Of a DNA stretch of 20,000 nucleotides, positions 14,736 through 20,000 are shown piece after piece. The stretch is from an uncultured virus (IMG/VR IMGVR_UViG_3300037042_002251). Lineage: Duplodnaviria > Heunggongvirae > Uroviricota > Caudoviricetes. A program made the translations under genes and the position numbers. Every line of letters starts with the position of its first letter. The first letter of the stretch is position 1. The stretch lies in the IMG/VR virus record IMGVR_UViG_3300037042_002251; one strand, 5' to 3'. The notes under the pieces are model-generated. The model was not told the DNA's origin, did no database searches, and was given only the letters and a program-made list of their open reading frames with translations.

Positions 14736-16421
14736 ATGCACGTCACGCATGTGGAAGGAACGGTCAAGGGAACGGTCAACGCGACGCTCGGACGACTGAC
14801 GGTCATCGTCGGTCCCAACGGGAGCGGCAAGAGCCGCCTCGTCAACACGATGGAACTCGCCCTCATGGGCTTCGCCTCCGACGTTGTGGGACGTGCCGAG
14901 ATGCGGAAGGAGAGCGACCTCGTGGCGCTCGCTTCCGGAGATGACCTCACGGCCAAGGCCACGTTGGAGGACGGTCGCGTCTCGATGTGGTCTACGAAGA
15001 AGACCAAGACCGGAGCGAAGAAGGCTGACCATGTGAAGGCCATCAACGCACAGTTCCCGGTCTCGGACGTTCGTGCGGCCCTGACGGGGAGCGTCGAGAC
15101 GGCCCGGAAGTGGCTGCTTCAGCGCGTCTCCTCCGGTGTGGCTCGGAAGGACGTGACGACCCACCTCACCTCGGACAGCGCGGAGCGGTACGAGAGGAAG
15201 GCCAAGCAGATGGCTGCGACGGACGAGGTGACGGTCCTCGTGACGCTGCTGGAGGGGGAGAAGTCCTCCATCCGGAGCAAGAAGATGGAGATGACCTCGC
15301 TTGAGGCGAGCCTCTCGCTCCTCGCGGGCAACCTCGGAGTGGACCCCACCGACGCCCAGTTGTCGATGGCGAAGCAGGAGGCGGAGGCTGCGCTGAAGAA
15401 CTACCGTGAGGTGGTCGCCCAGCACGCACAGCGTCAGGGCCCCGACCTCGTCGCTCTCCGGGAACAGGCCGAGCGCCTGATTGGAGCGTTCAACGACGCT
15501 CTGGCGTCCTTGCAGGAGGTCCAGCAGGTCATTCCGCAGTTTGGCCCTGCTCCCGGGGAAACGGACGTGAAGGTGGCCGACCTCCGCATGAAGGTCGCGG
15601 ACTTGGCCCACATCCAGACCGAGTTCGGGTCCACCGCGTGCCTCGTGTGCGAGAGCCCCGGACCGTTCGACTTCGGGGCACGTCGAGACTTCATGCACTC
15701 CGCAAACAAGGCCATGATGGAGCGGAAGCAGGTCTACGACATCCTCAATCACCGCACGTCCCGCCACGACGAAGCCCTCAAGGCCGCACAGGACGCCATC
15801 GGTCGCTTCAACCACGCGCAGACCCTCGCTGCGGAGGACACCACGTTCCTCCCGTCCGTCGAGGAGGCCGAGGCTCTGATGCAACGGGCGAACGAGAACC
15901 TCCGCAAGGTCGAGGATGCCCATGAGGGCCACAAGCGGGTTCGCTCGCTCCGGGAGCAGGAGCGCACGCTGAAGCGTGACATCCGGGATGCCGAGGAACT
16001 CGTCGAGGGCTTGCAGGAGGCTCTCGGCAGCCTTCTCCGCTCTGCCCGCGAGGAGTTCGTGAAGAAGGTGCAGTCCTTCCTTCCCACGGAGGACCAGTTC
16101 GACCTCGTGCTGAACGAGGGCGACAAGGAGGTCTGCCGCTTTGGGTTCATCCGTGACGGCAACCTTCACACCGCCCTGTCCGGTGCGGAGTGGGCCCGCC
16201 TCACGCTGGCTCTGGCATGTGCTTCGACCAAGCCGGAGAAGGACAGCCTCATCGTGTTCGTCCCGGAGGAGCGTGCGTTCGACCCCGAGACGCTGCGTGC
16301 CGTGCTGATTGCCCTCACCAACGCTCCGGGGCAGGTCATCATCACGACCCCCGTGAAGCCTTCCGGCAAGTTGCCGAAGGGTTGGACGCTCGTGGAAACG
16401 CAGCACGCCGTCTCGAACTAG
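14736..16421 (+). CDS. SbcC/Rad50-like (SMC/ABC superfamily) coiled-coil ATPase, 561 aa
   Basis: Walker A GPNGSGKS (14811-14834), coiled coils, central CLVC zinc-hook-like motif (15639-15650), signature LSGAE (16176-16190); RBS AAGGAG. Confidence 0.85.
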   Translation: MHVTHVEGTVKGTVNATLGRLTVIVGPNGSGKSRLVNTMELALMGFASDVVGRAEMRKESDLVALASGDDLTAKATLEDGRVSMWSTKKTKTGAKKADHVKAINAQFPVSDVRAALTGSVETARKWLLQRVSSGVARKDVTTHLTSDSAERYERKAKQMAATDEVTVLVTLLEGEKSSIRSKKMEMTSLEASLSLLAGNLGVDPTDAQLSMAKQEAEAALKNYREVVAQHAQRQGPDLVALREQAERLIGAFNDALASLQEVQQVIPQFGPAPGETDVKVADLRMKVADLAHIQTEFGSTACLVCESPGPFDFGARRDFMHSANKAMMERKQVYDILNHRTSRHDEALKAAQDAIGRFNHAQTLAAEDTTFLPSVEEAEALMQRANENLRKVEDAHEGHKRVRSLREQERTLKRDIRDAEELVEGLQEALGSLLRSAREEFVKKVQSFLPTEDQFDLVLNEGDKEVCRFGFIRDGNLHTALSGAEWARLTLALACASTKPEKDSLIVFVPEERAFDPETLRAVLIALTNAPGQVIITTPVKPSGKLPKGWTLVETQHAVSN

Positions 16422-16474
16422 CGGCTGGATGCTCGACGCCCTGTGCGGTAGGATGCGAACCGGAGGCCCAAACT

Positions 16475-16819
16475 ATGGCCGTTTCGCTCAAGCCCGCACA
16501 GGGCGTCGTCGTCACCGTTGCTGTCGCCGGTACGGCTGTCGCGCCCGCGACCGCTCTGCCTGACAACTGCAACACGCTCATCGTCTACAACACGTCGGCT
16601 GCGGCTACGGTGTTGGTGGGCTTCGCTCCGAACGCCGGAGCGTTCGTGATTGCCGACGCCGTTCGGGTTCCCGCGAGCGCCGCTGTGACGCTGGCTCTGG
16701 GCACGAAGTCGGCTCGTCCGGTCAGCGGAGCCGGTGCTGTCCTCGACCAGTTGTTCATCGACGCCACGGCGAATGGAACGGTCGCCAACCTCACCTACGT
16801 CAACGGCGTGAACTCCTAG
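16475..16819 (+). CDS. Small Ala/Val/Thr-rich beta-strand protein, possibly virion structural, 114 aa
   Basis: RBS GGAGG before ATG 16475; its stop overlaps the convergent gene's stop (CTAG 16816-16819). Confidence 0.7.
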   Translation: MAVSLKPAQGVVVTVAVAGTAVAPATALPDNCNTLIVYNTSAAATVLVGFAPNAGAFVIADAVRVPASAAVTLALGTKSARPVSGAGAVLDQLFIDATANGTVANLTYVNGVNS

Positions 16820-17331
16820 TCTCCGTCGTAGAGCAGGCCGAGGATTTCGGCTTCGACCTTCGCCGCGATGTGCTGGGCGAACTCCATCTTCTGCTGGTCG
16901 TTGAGCCGCTCGGAGAGGTAGAACAACTCCCGCTGCGGAATCTTGACCGCAATCTGGACCTTGTTGGTCTGGAGGTTCTTGACCTGAATCTCCGCAAGGT
17001 CCTCCGCGACCTTCCGTGCGTACTCCACGGAAGCCATCTCGGAGGCGACCTTCTGCGCCCACTCCCATGCGTTCTGAGCGGCGCTCTTGATGTTGTCCCA
17101 CGGGTTCGCAGCGCCACCCTGCTGGCGGAAGTTCCCCTTGTCGTACCAGTAGGTCGAACGCTCCTCATCCTCCTCCGGAGGTTCGGGAGGGAACGCCTGC
17201 TCGTGGATGCCCGGGTACTGACGGCGCATGTCGTCTACGAACTTCTGCGCCGTCGCCTTCTCGTTGCCGGTGCCACCGGACGCGTGTGCGTACACTCCCC
17301 GGTACCGGCTAACTATCTTGTCAGGGTGCAT
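16816..17331 (-). CDS. Hypothetical protein with DUF2786-like N-terminal helical hairpin, 171 aa
   Basis: GGTGNEKATAQKFVDDMRRQYPGI pattern; starts 2 nt after the upstream stop. Confidence 0.75.
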   Translation of the reverse strand: MHPDKIVSRYRGVYAHASGGTGNEKATAQKFVDDMRRQYPGIHEQAFPPEPPEEDEERSTYWYDKGNFRQQGGAANPWDNIKSAAQNAWEWAQKVASEMASVEYARKVAEDLAEIQVKNLQTNKVQIAVKIPQRELFYLSERLNDQQKMEFAQHIAAKVEAEILGLLYDGD

Positions 17332-17333
17332 TG

Positions 17334-17807
17334 TCAGCGACTAACACCCCGGAGTGCTGCGACAAGCACGGTCGCCCCGGCAATCGTGGCAAGTACCTTC
17401 GTGGTCGTCTTGTCGGTGGAGGACTTGTCCATGATGTACGCCGCTACGGCGGTTGGAATGAGCGCGGAGATGCCGCCCACGGCATAGCCGATGGCAGGAG
17501 ACACGCCCTGCGAGAGACCTGCGATGGTGTTCGTCGCGGTCACACCCGCAACAGCACCCATGACCGGACCCCACCCCTTCGGGACTTTGATGCGCTCGGA
17601 GAGCCACTCGTCGAGGGCAAAGCCTGTCAGCGTCGTCGCGACGATGACTGCCCCGGAGTAGTGCCCAAACTTGAGGGCCTGCCCAAACGTCGGAGCGGCA
17701 CTTGCCGCGCCGTACTGTGAGGTCACAGCGGGAGCCGCGTAGGCAATCTTGTAGACCTCCGGCCCTGCCGCCGAAAGCGCCGCCCTGACGATGGGGTTGT
17801 TGAGCAT
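17334..17807 (-). CDS. Multi-pass membrane protein, 157 aa
   Basis: Three to four Gly/Ala-rich hydrophobic segments; RBS GAGG before ATG 17807. Confidence 0.75.
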   Translation of the reverse strand: MLNNPIVRAALSAAGPEVYKIAYAAPAVTSQYGAASAAPTFGQALKFGHYSGAVIVATTLTGFALDEWLSERIKVPKGWGPVMGAVAGVTATNTIAGLSQGVSPAIGYAVGGISALIPTAVAAYIMDKSSTDKTTTKVLATIAGATVLVAALRGVSR

Positions 17808-17815
17808 CGGAGCCT

Positions 17816-18349
17816 CTACTTCTTGAACATGAAGTAGCCGATGCCGATACCGAGGGCGATGCCCACGGCGGTACCGATGCCCGTCCACTTGCCGTTGAAG
17901 TCCTCGAAGCCCTCGTAGGTCGTGCCCGTGGGCACGTTCGTGTAGACGGTGGGCCCACGGAACCACGAACGGCCCGGCTCCGTGCCCGGGTAGATGGGAC
18001 CGGGGAGGTTGCCCGGAATGTAGGCCACAGGCTCCAGCGAATCACGCGGAGCGGGACGGTCCAGACCCCCGATGGGGTCCGCAACGGGGCGGACGGCAGG
18101 AGAGTACCCCTGAGCGGTGATGCCCGCGTAGGTGGGGAGAATGGTTCCGTTGCGGAGGTCGGTGGACTGCATGGCGGCTGCCTCGCGAGAGTTGTAGTTC
18201 GGGGGGAGGTCGGAGTAGATGGCGGGACCCCTGACCCACCCCGGGCCGGGAAAGGGCAGAGCAGATGAAGCACGGTACGGCTGGAACGCCTCGGTCTTGA
18301 TGTACGGCATGAACGGCTCGGAGCCGATGCCAAAGTAGTCGTGCCTCAT
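17816..18349 (-). CDS. Pro/Gly-rich protein with C-terminal transmembrane anchor, 177 aa
   Basis: ATGA overlap with the recombinase stop; ends GIGTAVGIALGIGIGYFMFKK; internal WxRGPxxY repeat. Confidence 0.75.
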   Translation of the reverse strand: MRHDYFGIGSEPFMPYIKTEAFQPYRASSALPFPGPGWVRGPAIYSDLPPNYNSREAAAMQSTDLRNGTILPTYAGITAQGYSPAVRPVADPIGGLDRPAPRDSLEPVAYIPGNLPGPIYPGTEPGRSWFRGPTVYTNVPTGTTYEGFEDFNGKWTGIGTAVGIALGIGIGYFMFKK

Positions 18350-19131
18350 GCTGACTTCTCCACGGCTTCCTGAAGCATCCCCGCGTCCGGGTGGAGGTAT
18401 CGGGAAGTAGTCTGAATGTTCTTGTGGCCGAGAAGGGCCTGCACGGAGCGGAGGTCGGCACCTTTCCGCAGCAGGGTCGTAGCGAACGTGTGCCGCATCG
18501 TGTGGGGCGTCATCTCGCCCAACTCCGGGTACTTCGACCGCATCGAGCGAACGACCTTCCGGACCGCAGCGGGCGTGATGGCAGACCCGGAGTAGCCTTC
18601 GAACAGCCAACTGTCCGGTTGATGGGTCTCCATGTAGTCCTTGAGGGTCTTGGTGGCAGCGGAGTTGAGCGGCACGAACCGCTCCTCGTCACGCTTCCCT
18701 CGGAACAGGAGGCCCAGCACGCCGCCCCGCTTCGTCACATTGTCCACGCGGAGACCACAAATCTCGCTGATGCGGAGACCGGTACGGGGCAGGAGAAGCA
18801 GGATGGTACGGCAGGGGTCCGCCTGCTCGTCCGACACCATGTAGTAGTACGCCAACTGCGACGGAGTGAGCGCCTCACGGAGACCAGAAGGACGGCCCTT
18901 CGCCTTCGGAAGGAGGGCTGCAATCTCATCCTCGGAGTATCCCTCCGACAGCAAGAAGTGTTTGACCGCAGCCCGAAGGGGAAGGACCGTCCCAATGGGT
19001 GTCCGCGACGTGAGCCGGTCATGGAGCCACTTCACAGGGTCGCGTTTGCCAATGCTCTCGACCACCGTGACGTACTTCGTACGGGTGTTCGGAGAGAGGC
19101 CCTGCGCCTTGAGGTGGCTGTCCATGTTCAT
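18346..19131 (-). CDS. XerC/XerD-like tyrosine recombinase, 261 aa
   Basis: TGLRISE (R), GKRDEER (K), HTMRHTFAT (HxxR), LLGH (H), TSRY (Y nucleophile); ATGA overlap with the upstream gene. Confidence 0.93.
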   Translation of the reverse strand: MNMDSHLKAQGLSPNTRTKYVTVVESIGKRDPVKWLHDRLTSRTPIGTVLPLRAAVKHFLLSEGYSEDEIAALLPKAKGRPSGLREALTPSQLAYYYMVSDEQADPCRTILLLLPRTGLRISEICGLRVDNVTKRGGVLGLLFRGKRDEERFVPLNSAATKTLKDYMETHQPDSWLFEGYSGSAITPAAVRKVVRSMRSKYPELGEMTPHTMRHTFATTLLRKGADLRSVQALLGHKNIQTTSRYLHPDAGMLQEAVEKSA

Positions 19132-19529
19132 GCTTCGGTTCCCGCCCACGAGAGGGGGTTGTACCACCGGAAGTCGGCCTCACGCTGGGCCTGTGCCGCC
19201 TCCGCAGACTTCTGCTGCATCTTCGCGTCGATGGGGGCCAGAACGTAGTACTGCAACGCCCACCCGAGCACACCTCCCATCAGGGTCACGGCACCGGTCA
19301 TGGTGTCGTCCAACTTCGCCACACGGGCTCCGAGGAACGCACTACCCGCCCCGAAGAGCGTGGGCGCGGAGAGCAGGGCCCCAACCTTCGGAGAGTTCTC
19401 GACGTACTTCTTCGCGTAGATGAGCCCACCGATGATGACCACGCCCCCGAGGATGTACGGAGTGTACGGCAGGACGGCCATCACGGCGGGCGCGACGTTC
19501 TTGCGGTACGGAACGACCTTCTTGGACAT
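19128..19529 (-). CDS. Small multi-pass membrane protein, 133 aa
   Basis: Three hydrophobic segments (YILGGVVIIGGLIYA; LLSAPTLFGAGSAFLGA; GAVTLMGGVLGWALQYYVLA). Confidence 0.75.
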   Translation of the reverse strand: MSKKVVPYRKNVAPAVMAVLPYTPYILGGVVIIGGLIYAKKYVENSPKVGALLSAPTLFGAGSAFLGARVAKLDDTMTGAVTLMGGVLGWALQYYVLAPIDAKMQQKSAEAAQAQREADFRWYNPLSWAGTEA

Positions 19530-19535
19530 GGGAGC

Positions 19536-19928
19536 CTACTGGGGAAGGAAGGAGGGACGAGGACAGACGCCATGCTCCGTGCTCTGCACGGTGTCCCGGT
19601 CGTAGAGGATGGCTTTGCCGAACACACGCTCTGCCATGTCATCGGCGTCCCGCTCCGAGTGGTCGAGACGCCCGAAGTAGAACAGCATGGCGTGCCCGAG
19701 TTCGTGCGCCAGAACGCCCTCGATGCGGTGGTTGGCAGACTTCACCATCTTCGGAGCCACCACGATGATGAGGCCATCGGAGCAGTACGCGAAGTTGCGC
19801 GCCTCGGGAAACTCCGTCCGGTTCCCGATGTAGAGCCGGGGCCGAAACGACGAACCCACCGTACTCCGAGCCTGCTTGGACAGGCGGTCGAAGATGACGT
19901 GGACACGAGAGGACGAGGAAGGGGTCAC
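19536..19928 (-). CDS. Small zincin-like HExxH metallopeptidase-fold protein, 130 aa
   Basis: VLAHELGHA followed by HSERDADDMA (ExxAD third-ligand pattern of ImmA/IrrE/M48-like zincins). Confidence 0.75.
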   Translation of the reverse strand: MTPSSSSRVHVIFDRLSKQARSTVGSSFRPRLYIGNRTEFPEARNFAYCSDGLIIVVAPKMVKSANHRIEGVLAHELGHAMLFYFGRLDHSERDADDMAERVFGKAILYDRDTVQSTEHGVCPRPSFLPQ

Positions 19929-19934
19929 GGAGGC

Positions 19935-19963
19935 ATCCTACTGCCCCGGACCGGCCTTCTCAA
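19935..19963 (-). promoter_or_regulatory. Sigma70-like promoter P8 (TTGAGA-N17-TAGGAT), likely leaderless
   Basis: Minus strand; 17-nt spacer; GTG 19928 is 6 nt after the -10 box. Confidence 0.7.
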
Positions 19964-20000
19964 CGAGACAGGCGAAGCCGGAGTGCTACTACAATCGCGA

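Noticed and set aside
14676..16406. 576-aa antisense ORF
   Set aside because: Mirror of the SbcC-like gene.
16426..16454. Possible ninth promoter TGGATG-N17-TAGGAT before gene 16475
   Set aside because: Good -10 but poor -35; not listed as a feature, though it may be an activator-dependent promoter.
17341..19248. ORFs 17341..18333 (minus) and 18391..19248 (plus)
   Set aside because: Alternative-frame or antisense overlaps of better supported genes.
19990..19995. TACAAT, a possible divergent -10 box
   Set aside because: No matching -35, and the downstream gene is outside the window.
1..20000. CRISPR array, tRNA/rRNA, diversity-generating retroelement, intein/intron, IS element, intrinsic terminators
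   Set aside because: No regularly spaced repeats, RNA-gene structure, reverse transcriptase, splicing motifs, transposase or hairpin-plus-U-tract seen by eye.

Overview
GC-rich bacteriophage/provirus segment, probably infecting a Myxococcota host (MYXO-CTERM-like motif in the first ORF). 1-1128: 3' part of an outer-membrane protein with a Pro-rich linker and a degenerate OmpA-like domain. 1177-8989: about 25 small, translationally coupled accessory genes built from shuffled paralogous modules. 8986-16421: sirtuin, two HTH regulators, a family A DNA polymerase fused to an N-terminal family-4 UDG-like domain with atypical motifs A/B/C, a possible NDT/TIR-fold protein and an SbcC/Rad50-like ATPase with degenerate motifs. 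16816-19928 (minus strand): an operon with an HExxH protein, several small membrane proteins and a XerC/D-like recombinase. Eight sigma70-like promoters (TTGACR-N17-TAnnnn) recur; four appear leaderless and five share an extra RYTGAC box. A 66-bp synonymously AT-recoded patch lies inside the polymerase gene. All calls come from manual motif reading; no database searches were run.
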